From contig NC_090395.1 of NCBI RefSeq assembly GCF_036365525.1, positions 65,373,326 through 65,437,325 on the forward strand: a DNA stretch of 64,000 nt. Reading direction: 5' to 3'. Below are positions 50,901-63,219 of the stretch, piece by piece. The position numbers were made by a program, and so were the translations under genes. Every line of letters begins with the position of its first letter. Position 1 is the first letter of the stretch. A model generated the notes under the pieces. That model had not been told where the DNA came from. It saw only the letters and a list, made by a program, of their open reading frames with translations, and did no database searches. The stretch is from Heterodontus francisci (lineage: Eukaryota).

Positions 50901-53900
50901 CAATTTGATCATTCTAATGATGTGCTTAAGGGACCTCCATGCTTACTGTCTTTTGCAAAGGAGTACAGAAAGCATTCTGTACTGAAACCCTTCTGCTCTC
51001 GTGGAACTATGGGGCAAGATGTTCGGGCCCCGCCAAGGTCTGGAATGGAAGCGGACGGGGTCTGGAAATACCAGCATGGCAGTGTGCCGGATTCCTGACC
51101 TAATTCCCGGCATCAGCCATTTTGGCTGAGGCGGGCTCGGGGCCGAAGGAGCTGTCCAATCCCACGAGGCAGGCAGCCAATTAGGCTCATTAAGAGCCTT
51201 GTCAAAGGTAAGTTAAGTTAAGGAAAATCCCAGTCGGTCTCCAATTTCCCAATGTGACAGGGGGCAGATCCATTGCCTGGAGGCACGACCCAGTGGCAGG
51301 CCAGGGTGCCAGTGATCCAGGCCAGCCTATGGGCCTGGGTGGGGGTGAAGCCAAAGGCTATCCGGTAGAGGGATATCCTCCCACAGTGTGGCCTGGCTGC
51401 TGTCTCTCTTTTTCAATTAAATTTTTAAAGAAGTGGATGAGAGAGGACCGTCGTGTTGAAGTGCTCTCCCAGTTATTTACTGCTCATTGGAGCCAGATGC
51501 ACCTCTGAAGCTGGAAGGCCTCTGAATGGCCCTCTAGCTTCAAAAGTCCGCCCAACACCCTTAATTGGTCTGGGAACATGTCTCCATGCCAATTAAGGGG
51601 GCGATCTGATCAAAATCCTAAAGAGTGACTGTTTCCCCCATTCCCCACCGGGGTAGATTCAGGAACTGGAAAGAGTCCCAGCTCCTGTTTCCTGCCCCCA
51701 TGGTGAAAATTCAGCCCATGGTCTTTCAGGGCTAAATTATGTGGAGAGATTACTCGTGGAGAGAAGTTGTATTCCTTGGAATTTAGAAGGTTGAGGGGTG
51801 ATTTGATTGGAGTTTTCAAGATATTAAGGGGATTAGATAGGGTAGTTAGAGAGAAACTATTTCAGCTGCTGGGACAGTCTAAGACTGGGGGGCAATGACT
51901 GAAAATTAAAGTCAGGCCTTTCATTATTGAAGTTAGGAAACACAACTACAGAGAAAGGGTGGTGGAAGTTTGGAACCCTCTTCCACAAATGGCAATTGAT
52001 GCTAGGTTGATTACCTATTTTAAATCTGAGACTGATAGAATTTTGTGAACCAAAGATACTAACGGATATGGGGCAAAGGCGAGTATATGGAGTTAGGTCA
52101 CAGAATAGCCATGAACTTATTGATTGTTGGAACTGACTCGAGGGACTAAATGGCCTCCTTCTTTTTCTATGTTCCCATAATATGATGTAAACATTAATGA
52201 AAATTGATTATCACTTCAATGTTTGAAGCAGTGTACATGGAACATTAACCTGCAAATGTTTACATAACAATAAAATGGCCATTCCATACGCCTTAATTCG
52301 AAAATTTTGTAAGCTATCTGTAAAATTTAACGAAGTGACTCCTGACAACACAAAACATGCGCAGAGCGATCGCGGACGTCATCAGTGCGTGCAAACATTT
52401 GCCAACTTGCCAGTATGAATGTGCATATGCGCCCGGTGATGTCACCATGCCATGCTATCATCACTCCACAACAGGCGTGATTGCTGGTTCCATTCCCCCG
52501 AACAGTTCCCCGCTCCTTCCCGCCATCCCCGCTTCAATTGCCGCTTTCAATTTCCCGCTCCGTCCCACCTCGCCGCTACATTCCCTCGACCACTCGTTCT
52601 CACCCTTGCCCTTCCCTCACCCCCCCTCAACCACTCACTCCCAGTCTCGTCTCTTCCACTTCGGCCGATCGCTCCCCACTGCGCCGCCCGAAGAAGTGGC
52701 AGGGGGCAGGGAACAAGCCGCCGAAGTGGCAAGGAGAGGAGCAAGCGGCCAATGGGTGTTGGGCGATGCGGCAGCGAGTGACCAAGAAGAGGGAAGCGGT
52801 GGGGCCTGCATCGAGTGGCCGGGGTGGGGGAGTGGGAGCGAGCGGCCGAAAGGGAGAGCTGGGGAATGAGTGGCTAGTAGACGGGCATGGGAGCGAGTGG
52901 CGAAGAGAAGTGTGATGGGAGGAGGGAGCGGGGTACTGTTGGGGATGGGATGGAAGCGGCGATCGCAGCCACTTTGGGGATTTGGGTTTAAGGCTACGTT
53001 TGCATTTTGTGACAAATTGAGCAGCGCCATCTTTAATACTGGTCGCTGCCCGAGACGTCGCAGAAAGTGACATTTCAGTCGATGAGGCTGCATTTGTGCA
53101 TTTGACAATGCTGCGCCACCTAGTGTTTGAGTTGTCAGCAAACACGGCCAATATTTAATATTAGTCCTGTCATTGTTCAACTGAAGGGATTCTCGATAAG
53201 CTGGTTCCAGCTAACTTCAGTCTGAGATACTGGTCCTTGCAGCTTCCATTGCTCACATTTCATCTCTTGCAGTCACTCTTCACTGACCTATAAATGAACA
53301 TACTTGTACCCGGGTCACTGTACACAGATCACTAAAATATAGTTGTTAGGTACATAGAAAAATCTAAAAGGCTGACGGAATGTTAGCTTTTATAACCAGA
53401 GAGTGAGAATATAAACAGGAGGAAGTTTTGCTACAGCTATAGAAAGCCCTGATTAGACCACTAGGAACAGTTTCTCCAATGATAGGAGGGTTGGTAACCA
53501 GAGGACACAGACTTAATGTAAGCAGCAAAAGAACTAGAAGGGAGATGAGGCAAAATATTTTTACACTGTGCATTTTGATCTGGAATGCGCTGCCTGAAAG
53601 GGTAGTGGAAGCGGATTCAAGAGTAACTTTCAAAAGGGAATTGGATAAATATTTGAAGAGGAATCATATTGCAGGGCTGTGGGTAGAAGTAGAGAAGTGG
53701 GACTAATCGGATATCTCCTTTAAAGAGCCAGCTGAATGGCCTCCTTCCAGCTATATATGATTTTATGATTCTAGGATGTTAAGGGATAGAAAATCAGGCA
53801 CTGATCATCACTCTGTGAGTGGTACTCCTCACCAGTAATACTCAATTGTGCATTCACCTTCCTGTCCACTAGTTTCCTTTCTACACTATCAATTCCAATA

Positions 53901-56900
53901 ATCTTACAACACTGCTGCTGAAAACGAAAGGAGACTTGCCATCTTTGCACTGTGTGTCATTTCCTCAGGTTCTTTGATCCACCGTGTATTGACTGTGGAA
54001 TATGAGGAAAACTCATTCAAATCATGGTGAAGCTTAAAAGAGCTGCATTAGGATGTGTCGCAAAGAAGGGTGACACCCTTTGCAGCAGGCGGCCACACTT
54101 CTGTATAAACCCATGTACTAACAGCTGAGTATGCATCAGGCCGGCTCATATGGACCTGGGAACCAATGCTGTGGTTTTTCTAGTGCAATTGATGTGGTAT
54201 TGGGTGAGGACAATGGTTCTCTATGTTGGTTTGGCTGAGATTTCAGACAGGATGAGCGACTTGCTACAACATGGTAATTTATGCTGTCATTCTTTCTAGC
54301 TCTTTTCTACAAATTGATGTGAGGGGAAGGATTTTTAACTCATGATCACCCAATCAGCACCTGATTAGTAAAATAGGTGTCAGGCTTCCAAATTATGGAC
54401 TGGATTTTCTTTGCTGCCAAATGTGTGGGCCAAGCCCCACCGTGTCCCCGTGATCTTCCTTGATGGGGCCAATGATAATGAGCCGGTCGGGCCACCCCTG
54501 CCCCCACCCCCCCCAATCACGTGGAGGCAGCAATGGCTTCAGCTGCCTGGGCGCAGGCACTGGCACCATTATTAAAGGGCCACCAGCCCTGCCGGGTCTT
54601 TGAAATTTTTAAAGGGCTACCTTCCCCAATGTACCACCGATAAACCTTCCCTCCCCCCAATAACAACTAAATTCAATATTCACCCTCTTCCCCCCTCAAA
54701 ACACTTGACCTTCCCCCCCCCCAAACTGAACAAAGTGCAAAGGTCACTCCTTCTCACCCTCCCCTACACTAGTAATTTGCATCAGAGCCAGTCACCTTCC
54801 CCTCCCCCACCCCCACTGCACGAAAAACCATGTTCCCCCCTTCCCCACCGTGGTGCCGCCTGCTTTCCCTAGACGGGAAAGTGAAGGCACGTGAGTGGCA
54901 GCCGCCACACAGAAGATTGTGGCCCGAAGGTAAGATCGCTGTTGATTTTATTTAAAGGTATTCATTTCATTAATTTAAATATGTTAATCCAGGTCCCGTC
55001 GCCCAGTGGCGGGGTGGGGGGTGGGGTGGTGGGGGGGGGGGTGCGGTCTGCCACGGAGCCTTGCTGCTGCCGGGAAGATCGGGCCCGGCACTGCCGTCGT
55101 TGGTCTACATGTCAGACCGCTGCCGGAACGATCTTCCGGCTCCCCCCGCCACAGAGCCCGATGCAGGAGCTCAGTAAAATCCCAGCCTATGTGTGGTGAT
55201 TTATTTGCGTCCAATATCTGCCAGAACTGCACTTGACATCGTTTTAAGGATCCTTCTGCCAGATTTGACTTCATGAGCGCTGAATTTTTCCATCTTAAAG
55301 CTAGTCCAAAAATCCTGGGTGAGAACAGTCGAGGAGGGCATTATAATAGCAAAATTGTAAAGGGATCCTCACCTGCACTTTGGTAAGTTCCTGGTTATAA
55401 AGGCCTGCTCGGGTCTGCAATAAAAACCCAACCCGAGCCCAACAGAACCACATCCGACCCGAGCCCGACCCGGCCCGAGTCCTTCCATTTTTTCCCACGC
55501 CCGACCCGACCTGGCCCGACCATCAGTTAACTTACTTTCTGTTTTTCACATTGTTGCTGATCTGCACAAGCTTAAAATAACTCCAACAAAACCACCTTTC
55601 TAGTCTAAAAATTAAATTATTAGTGGAGCCACTTATTTGTGATAGAGCATGTCCGACCCGGCCCGAGCTGAGTCCGAATGCTGGACCCGGAAGTGCAACC
55701 CAACCTGACCCGACCCCGACACATGTCGTCGGGTCCCGTCAGGTTCGGGTTGGGTAGCAGGCCTTTACCTGGTTAGTTTGAGATTGATAGTGAGTTTTTA
55801 TACCTACTTCTAACTATGTTGGCTGTTGTAGTTGACTTTAAAAGTGGTAACTTCCAAGCTGTGGTGAAGCTATGCCGAAATAGGACCTATCAATATCCAG
55901 CTGGCTAACCATCTCCATTTGTTGGTTCCCAAAGAGGGAAGAAGGAATCAGAGTAGTTGTGCAGTACAGGCCAACCTAGAGAAATCAGAGTAATCGGATA
56001 CATAAAGAGTGAGCAGCAGAAGCGGATTTTGACAATTAACCCTTTTATATAAGTTAATGAACATGTGTTATGTAAGTACGTTGTATGCCTTCATGTTTGA
56101 TAATTGTTCCTTGCCACAGTTCGGGGGCAGCTATAGAGAGTGCAATGCGAAAAATAGGCATGCTTGTGCATTTGGCAAGTGTGTGCAAAGCTCCATCAAA
56201 CTTATGGTGAAGTACTATTACTCCTACTTTTGTATGACAAGAGATGTGATTAGCAACATTCAAATGCCTACATCTATAGGCAGTCCCTCGGGATCAAGGA
56301 TGATTTTCTTGCACTCTGGTTCTGTGCATTTTAAGAAGGCTATTGCAGTCGATGCATGATCCGCAGACTCTACCACATGTAGAGCAGGTGGTGTTTGAAG
56401 GATCGGGTCGAGGAATTGCTTGGGGGAAGCTGTGCACTCCTTCTGCTGCCTGGACATGGCCTCATTATGCTCCTGTCAACGTCTCTCGAGGTGCTCAGTG
56501 CCTTCCTGAATATTCCTCCTCCATTGTGGACATTTGTGGGTCAGGGACACCCATGAATCGGTTGGATGTTTGATCACTTCAAGTATGGTTTCAGAACATC
56601 CCTAAAGTGTTTTCTCTGTCCTTCTGGGAGTCCCTTGCCACAAAGAATTTTGGAGTAGAGCAGTTGTTATGGGAGCCCAGTGTCAGGCATGTGAATGACA
56701 TGGACTGCCCAGCAAAGTTGATTTTGGTTGATTAACGTCTCGATGCTAGAAACGATGGCTTGGGAAGGGATGACATTAGACTGCCTAACCTGCCAATGGA
56801 TTTGAAGGATTTTGTGACTGATGGTATTTTTCCAGTGTCTTTAGATGCCTGTTGGAGATTGTTCAAGTGTGTTTAAAGTAAGACCCATCCTGTCATATGC

Positions 56901-59900
56901 TTCAGTGAAAGAGTCAACGATGACATGGCACTCAGTCTCTGAGTGAGCACATACCACAAGCATCATCTGTGTGCTGAAGCTCGATGACTGAGCTTGGAGT
57001 GACCTTAGTTTTGGAGTGGAGGCAATGAAGGATGAATAAATTCCCATCTATCTCCACTCCTGTGGGCAGCTTTCTGGAAGTGAGGTGCAGAATTGCGGTG
57101 AGGAAGAGAGAGAAGAGGATTGGTGCAATGACACAGCCTTGTTTGACCCCAATCTTCATTGACGTAGGGTCTGTGGTGGTCCCGTTGGTAAAGATCACAG
57201 CTTGCATATCATCATGCAGTAGGCAAAGGACGGTGACATAATTCTGAGGTCAGCCAAAAACCCTTATGATTGACAGAGTCAAAGGCTTTCGTGAGGTTGA
57301 GACCTTGTAAAACGGTTGGTGCATTTTTCCTGGATTTGCCACACAGTGAAGATCATATCTACAGTGTCACCCATTGGGTGAAATTCACATTCACGACTCT
57401 GAAAGGAGCTCTTCGACCACTGGGATGAGGTGGTTGAGGAGGAGCCTGGCAGTAATCTTATCTGTGAATTCAAATAACCTAGTCTAGACTGGTGAGTATC
57501 CACAGAATTGACTTGGTATAAGTCAGACATGCTAGTGCCAAGTAGTTTAAGCAGGTATTGACTAATAATGTGGTCCATAGTCTGCAATTGGTGTTACATT
57601 GCGCCTTGCCTCTCAGGTGTAAGAAATGACCAAAACTGATACATGATGTTTGGAATCCGATCATTGTTTCTGGGGTAGGTTGAGTGCTGGAAGTTGTTTT
57701 TAGGGGATTGGCAATCGGCTCTTTGTTTGGAACATCAGCATTATCCCAGGATGCTTTCCAGTGTGTCTTTAGGATTAAGTGAGGAAACTGTAAAAACAAT
57801 AGGCTGATCCCAAAAGGCTTGCGAGCTTCCAGCCATGTCTTTGTAAGCTTCTGGAGATCTGCCTGAATTGCTACGTTCAGGCTGGCCATGGGTTGACTGT
57901 ACTCATGAGTTGTATGTGCATTTTTTTGGATTCTGGATGGGGGTATTTGTGCCAAAGTGGGCACCTATTGAACAGGTGTTGATGTTAATGTTCTGGTTTG
58001 GTATGTGCACTGGCCACCCAGAATGATGTGCAATATTCAATGGTTGAACATACTGGTACTAAAGACACTTCAGTGTGTGCATTGGCACCCCAAATACCAT
58101 CCGAGGGTTTAAGAATAAGGCTAGTCCTTGCTTTTACCTTTTAGCATTTCTTTTCCAGGTGAGCTTTAAAAGTTAATCTTGTGTACAAAGTTACACCCCA
58201 CTACTTCAGACAGGGCTAATTTTGGACTGTTCATCAAATAAGGTGACATTAAATGGTTCCTTGGCTTGACTTTGCTGTTTTGGTGAAAAGGTTTGGCTAA
58301 GGTTTTTGGAAGCCGAAGACGGTGATGTCTTTGACCTGTGTCACAATGTCATCATCATAAATGAACTTATGCAAAATTGCGTCACTAGTGTAGATGTGGA
58401 ATAGTGAAGGAACAAGCACAGCTCCTTGAGGTTGATCATCGTTGAGCTTGTGTGCTTTTCTTATCTGTCCATTCAAAAGGCTCTAAGAACAGAACATAAG
58501 AAATAGGAGCAGGAGTAGCTCATATGGCCCCTTGAGCCCACTCCACCATTCAATAAGATCATACTTCAACTCCACTTTCCACACTATCACCACATTTCTT
58601 GAGTCCCTTAATGCCCAATAATCTATCAACCTAACGCTTGAATATACTCAATGATTGAGCATCCACAGCCCTCAGGGGAAGAGAATTTAAAGATTAACCA
58701 CCCTCTGAGTGTAGGAATTTCTCCTCATCTCAGTCTCAGGTTGGCAATTTAAGATGATGACCCCTAGTTCTAGACTCTCCAGCCAGAGGAAACAGCTTCT
58801 CCGCATCTAGCCTGTCAAGCCCTTTAAGAATTTTATAGAGTTTAATGAGATCACCCTCATTCTTCTAAACTCTAGAGAATATAGGCACAACCTACTCCAT
58901 CTCCCCTCATAGAACAGCCCTCTCAGGAATTAATCTAGTGAACCTTTATTGCACCCTCTCTAAGGCAAGTATATCCTTCCTTAGGTAAGGAAACCAAAAC
59001 TGTATTGAGTACTCCAGGTGTGATCTTACCAAAGCCTTATATAATTGCAGCAAGATTTCTTTACTCTTATGCGCCAACCCCCTTGTAATAAAGGTTGACA
59101 CACCAATTCCCTTCCTAATTGCTTGCTGCACCTGCATGTTAACTTTCTGTGATTCGTATACCAGGATACACAAATCCCACTGAATACCAACATTTACCAG
59201 TCTCTCGCCTTTTAAAAAATATTCTGCTTTTCCATTCTTCCTACCAAGGTGGATAATTTCACACTTCCCAACATTACACTCCATCTGGCACCTGCTGGCC
59301 CAACCACTTAACCCATCTATATCCCTTCACAGCCTCTTCTTCCTCCTTGCAGCTTACTTTCCCACTTAACTTTGTATCAAGGGCAAACTTGGATACATTA
59401 CATTCAGTCCCCTCATCTAAGTCATTGATATAGATTGTAAATAGCTAAAGTCCAAGTACTGATATTTGCTGCACTCCATTAGTTACATTCTGCCATCCTG
59501 AAAATGACCTATTTATTCCTATTCTGTTTTCTGTCCATTAATCAATCCTCAATCCATGCTGATATATTACCCTCAGTTCCATGATTCTTGTGCTGAATTT
59601 TACTAGCCCTCCGATGTCGGGGGTCATGGTGATGGGGAAAGTTCTTCTGGGAGAGGCCCGCCATGATCCCTGATGCTCGGAAGGCCCTGTCGCATTTTAC
59701 CAGCAGCGGTGAGGCCTTGGTGCGGCCCCTGCCGCTCGGTGGTGGAGCCTTCATTTTAGTATGCAAATGATATTACAATTAAAGAATAATTACTTACCTG
59801 GTAGCGACGGCTGTCCCAAGCCGATATTCCGGCCATTCCTTCGGAGCTCCGTTCGGAGTTCCAAGGCATGACACTGGTGGGGAGGGGAGAGGAGTGAAAT

Positions 59901-62900
59901 GTTCAGGGTGGGGAGTGGGGAAAACCATTCCGATTGGTTGTGGGGATGCTGGGAAGGGGTTGAGGGTTAGAAGTGCTGAAGTTGTGGGGGGGGGTGGTGG
60001 AAGTTCGTCATTTAAAATATTTGTTTTCCGGGGGGGGGATAGGTTATTTTATTTATTGAGAACTCCATCTTGAAAGTTCCAAAAACATTTTATTTCGCGT
60101 TTCAGTTCAACGGCACCTTTAAAAATTTAAAGTTACCTTAAGGGATTGAAGTCCTTTAAAAATGGCGGCAGCGCCTGCGCAGTAGCACCAGAAGCCATTG
60201 CCGGGGACAGAGCGGTCGCCCCCTCTACGTCATTAGGGCAGCCGCTCCGCCCCCTCCATTTAAATGTGCCCTTGCGCAAATTATTTGGGAGGCTCAGTGG
60301 CAGCTGCTCCGCACGTGTGCCAAACCTTCTTTCGAGCTCACGCCGTTATAAAATTCAATGCTTTGTGTGGCACATCATTGAATGTGTCATGAAAATCCAA
60401 ATATACTACATCCATTGCCCCCGCCCCCCCTCCCAGTTACATCCCTCCAATAGATTTGTCAAACACAATTTTCCTTGCATAAAACCATGTAGACTCTACC
60501 TAATCATATTGTGATTATTCATGCCCCTGATAATACATTCTAGCATTTTCCCTCCTGCCAATGTCAGGCTAACTGGTTTATAGTTCCCCATTTTGCCTCT
60601 CCCTCCTTTCTTAAACAGGGGGGTTATGTTTTCTAGCTTGAAGTCCATAGGGGCTGTTCTAGAATCTAGGGAATTCTGGAAGATCAAAACCAATGCATCT
60701 ACTGTCTCTGCAGCTACATCTTTTAAAAATCTTGGATGTAGGCCAGCAGGTTCAGGGGATTTGTCGGCTTTTGGAAAGAAGGAAATAAAGAAAGACTTGC
60801 ATTTATATAGTGCCTTTCATGACCACAGGAGATCCCAAAGCAACTTGCAGCCAATGAAGTGCTTTTGAAGAGTAGTATTATGTAGGAAACAGAGCAGCCA
60901 ATTTGCGCACAGCAAGCTCCCACAAACAGCAATATGATATTGACCAGGCAATCTTTATTTTACGGATATTCATTAAGGGACAAATATTGGCCAGGACACC
61001 AGTAATAACTCTCCTACCCTTCTTTGAAATAGTGCCATGAAAGTTTTTATGCCCACCCAAGAGAGCAGCCAGGACCACAGTTTAACATCTCATCCAAAAG
61101 ATAGCACTTCCAACAGTGCAGCACTCCCTCAGTATTGCTCTGGAGTGTCCTTAAGTCACTGGTGTGGAATTTGAACCCAGAACCTTCTAACTCAGATGCA
61201 AGAGTGCTACCAACTGAGCCACAGGTACACTCGGCTCATTAATTTTCCAGTCCATTATCTTCACATATCAATTACTTTAATTTCCTCACTCTCACTAGAC
61301 CCTTGAGTCCCCACTATTTCCTATATGTTATTTGTTTTCTATTATAGAGGAATAGATTTGAAAAATAGAGAGGTTATATTCAACTTGTATTGAATCTTGG
61401 ATGGACCACACTTAGAGCACTGTGTACAATACTGATCTCTATGGACATGAATGTAACTCAGTGCAAGTGAATGGATTTTGAGTTTTTGAGTTACAAAGTG
61501 GATACAGAGGCACTGAAGAAGGTGTAAAAAAGATTTACACAGTTGATACCAGAAGTGAGAGGTTATACCTATCATGAAAGTCTGAGCAGGTTTGACTTCT
61601 TTTCTTTAGAAAAGAGAAGGCTGAGGGTTGACCTAATAGAGATTTTAAAAATTATGAAGGGCTTTGACACGATAAACAGAGAGATGTTTCCACTTGTAAG
61701 AGAATCCAAAACCAGAGGACGCAAAAATAAGATAGTCACCAATAGAGAAGTCAGGAAAAACTTCTCTAAGCAGGAGCAGTTAGAATATGGAACTTGCTAC
61801 AAAATGAGGGAGTTGAGGTGAATAGCATAGACGTATTTAAGGGAAAGCTAGATAAGTGCATGATGGAGAAGGAATAGAAGGTTATGAAGGTAGGGTTAGA
61901 TGAAGTTGTATTGAAGGAGGCTTGTGTGGAGCACAAACACCAGCGTTGGGGCTGAATGGCCTGTTTCTGTGTTGTAAATTCTATGTATTTACATTTACAA
62001 AATGATGTAAAGTTTAAGAGTATTTATTTTGACAACCTTTCACACACCAGCAAATTTCTTTCTCACCTGGGTGTGGTCATAGGTGAGAAAACATTCACTG
62101 ATTCTGATAATTCCATCCATTTTTGTGCTACTCGCCAGAGGTTGCTGTCTTTATCGCCCCTACCACTTCTTAAAAATTACCATTTAATTTTACTTTTCTT
62201 AGTCTTGTGCAATAAGGCTGCAGAACATAATAGTACAGCGAGTGAAACAGTAAGAAGTAGAAAGTGATTAAAAGGATTACGACATGGATGGGTGTATGCT
62301 ATCCTTTTACATTATGAAGAGGCTTTTCTTCGGAGCAGATTGCTGACACATCAAACTGCATGGATTCATAAAATGGCTTTAATTATTTGAAACTGATATT
62401 GAAACAAAACATACAAGAATAGCTGAAGCTACATTAAAAAGAAACAAAAAGAAAGAGTTGCAATTATATAGCGTCTATCACACCCTCAGGATGTTTTACA
62501 GCCAATAAAATGCTTTTGAAATGTAATCACTGTTGTAATGTAGGAAAACATGGCAGCCAATTTGTGCACAGCAAGCTCCCACAAACAAAAATTAGATGAA
62601 TGACCAGATGATTTGTTTTTATGTTGGCTGAGGGATAAATATTGGTCAGGACAGAGGAAGAGCTCCACTGCTGTTCTTCACATTGGTACCATGAAACTTT
62701 TTACATCTACCTGAAAGGGCAGGTGCGTTGTCTCAGCCTTCAGTACTACCCTCGAGTGCCATCACGGTTTATGGTCTCTGGAATGGGACTTGAACCCAGA
62801 AACCTTCTGGTTATAGAGACTAGTGTACAACCATTGAGTCACAGTTGACACCAAAGAGGCATTGATATATGGGGCTGGATTTTCTTGTTTTTATGCCTGG

Positions 62901-63165
62901 GTGCGTTGGATTTCCTATAGGAAAATTGGGTAGGGAAGATTATACCCTCTCCAGCAACGGATACCATCTGGTTTTCTGTACATTTAAATTAACTCTTAAT
63001 GTTAACAAATTTTAATTGGACAACAATTCTAGAAGAGAGTTCTGCTAATAATACTTATTTCTATAAATCTCACACTAACGCACACAATTGTCATGCACCC
63101 ATAGAAGTTCATAGCAATTGTTTCTTACCTGAGGAGATCATGAAAAGATGAAATGCAAAATCCAT
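47824..63165 (-). CDS. Gene A: CD300/pIgR-like (CMRF35-like) single-IgV receptor, activating type, 174 aa, 4 coding exons
   Basis: Exons 63165-63129 (leader), 50765-50433 (IgV), 50129-50075 (stalk), 47923-47824 (TM+stop). All junctions are GT-AG with phases 1,1,2, giving a 525-nt open frame. Protein: MDFAFHLFMISSVTCAALDGPDIVNGSVGQSVHITC...QKYWCRGDNWEDC...DQGLYWCGIERFLSDILSPVELKVNEGYKLLPSISGDPSGKEILRQNNSLYYFIWSILRWAFFAILLVWALLVKLKI*. Confidence 0.88.
48345..48412 (-). ncRNA. Penelope-derived hammerhead-like motif in gene A intron 3, sense orientation
   Basis: Minus strand CAGTT-CTGATGA-AGAGTCTACACCT-GAAA-TGTTC-AACT. Confidence 0.5.
49545..50000 (-). mobile_element. CR1 3' fragment
   Basis: LGFFSLEQRSLKGDLIEMYKI. 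Confidence 0.8.
50075..50129 (-). CDS. Gene A exon 3, stalk (GYKLLPSISGDPSGKEILR)
   Basis: 55 nt, TTTTTAACAG| ... CCTAAG|GTAAAT, phase 1 to 2; similar to gene B exon 3 including its splice sites. Confidence 0.88.
50433..50765 (-). CDS. Gene A exon 2, IgV domain
   Basis: 333 nt, AACAG|TT...GAA G|GTAGG. Has B-strand Cys (ITC), KYWCRG with a second Cys pair (CX7C) and DxGxYWC, the CD300/pIgR/TREM signature. Overlaps ORF 50422..50721. Confidence 0.95.
51012..51717. mobile_element. GC-rich Harbinger-like MITE
   Basis: GGGCAAGATGTT / AAAATTCAGCCC ends, ATG on both flanks. Confidence 0.65.
51735..52178 (+). mobile_element. CR1 3' fragment
   Basis: Nucleotide similarity to the other CR1 3' ends in the window. 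Confidence 0.75.
52342..53138. repeat. CpG-rich unclassified element with short inverted ends
   Basis: CTGACAACACAAA ... TTTGAGTTGTCAG; internal pyrimidine-rich then purine-rich halves; no TSD found. Confidence 0.55.
53300..53775 (+). mobile_element. CR1 3' fragment
   Basis: WNALPERVVEADSRVTFKRELD. Confidence 0.8.
54397..55187. mobile_element. GC-rich non-autonomous DNA transposon, Harbinger-like
   Basis: Ends GGACTGGATTTT / AAAATCCCAGCC, with TAT on both flanks. Confidence 0.7.
55398..55767. mobile_element. hAT-type MITE, 370 bp
   Basis: Perfect 12-bp TIR TAAAGGCCTGCT/AGCAGGCCTTTA, perfect 8-bp TSD CCTGGTTA, subterminal CCCGA repeats. Confidence 0.92.
56260..57470 (-). mobile_element. RTE-clade LINE fragment
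   Basis: GVKQGCVIAPILFSLFL and ELQHTDDA (YADD site) in ORF 56932..57207. Confidence 0.8.
57480..58480 (-). mobile_element. Vingi/Ingi-like LINE relic
   Basis: Minus-strand translation gives PQGAVLVPSLFHIYTSD, KFIYDDD and WGANAHT...STIEYCTSFW. Confidence 0.6.
58488..60772 (-). mobile_element. Decayed CR1, interrupted by the MITE at ~59590-60361
   Basis: ORFs 58946..59284 and 60496..60693 give CR1 RT peptides. Confidence 0.85.
59590..60361. mobile_element. GC-rich Harbinger-like MITE inserted in CR1
   Basis: GCTGAATTTTA / TAAAATTCAATGC ends; GAAGGGGTTGAGGGTTAGA shared with the truncated copy at 32429-32970. Confidence 0.65.
60785..61222 (-). mobile_element. Deu-type SINE
   Basis: Reverse complement of the same family. 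Confidence 0.75.
61340..61985 (+). mobile_element. CR1 3' fragment
   Basis: FSLEKRRLRVDLIEILKIMKG. Confidence 0.8.
62455..62848 (-). mobile_element. Deu-type SINE, degenerate
   Basis: Reverse complement of the same family. Confidence 0.7.
63129..63165 (-). CDS. Gene A exon 1, signal peptide (MDFAFHLFMISS)
   Basis: ATG...TCA G|GTAAGA phase-1 donor. Shares the TCAG|GTAAG end and similar 5' context with the gene B and C leaders, and joins the IgV exon in frame. It lies 12.4 kb from the V exon, so the linkage is inferred. Confidence 0.78.
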
Positions 63166-63219
63166 ACTTTAATGTTTTAAAAATGAACAAGTATCACAAA
63201 GTTATAGAACTGTTCCTAC

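Noticed and set aside
52357-53180. Several overlapping 100-180 aa ORFs
   Set aside because: Low-complexity products of a GC-rich repeat on both strands with no recognisable domain
11339-63165. Assigning a specific symbol such as CD300A, CD300LF or PIGR
   Set aside because: Family membership is supported by motifs, but orthology needs phylogeny and synteny; single-V architecture argues against true pIgR
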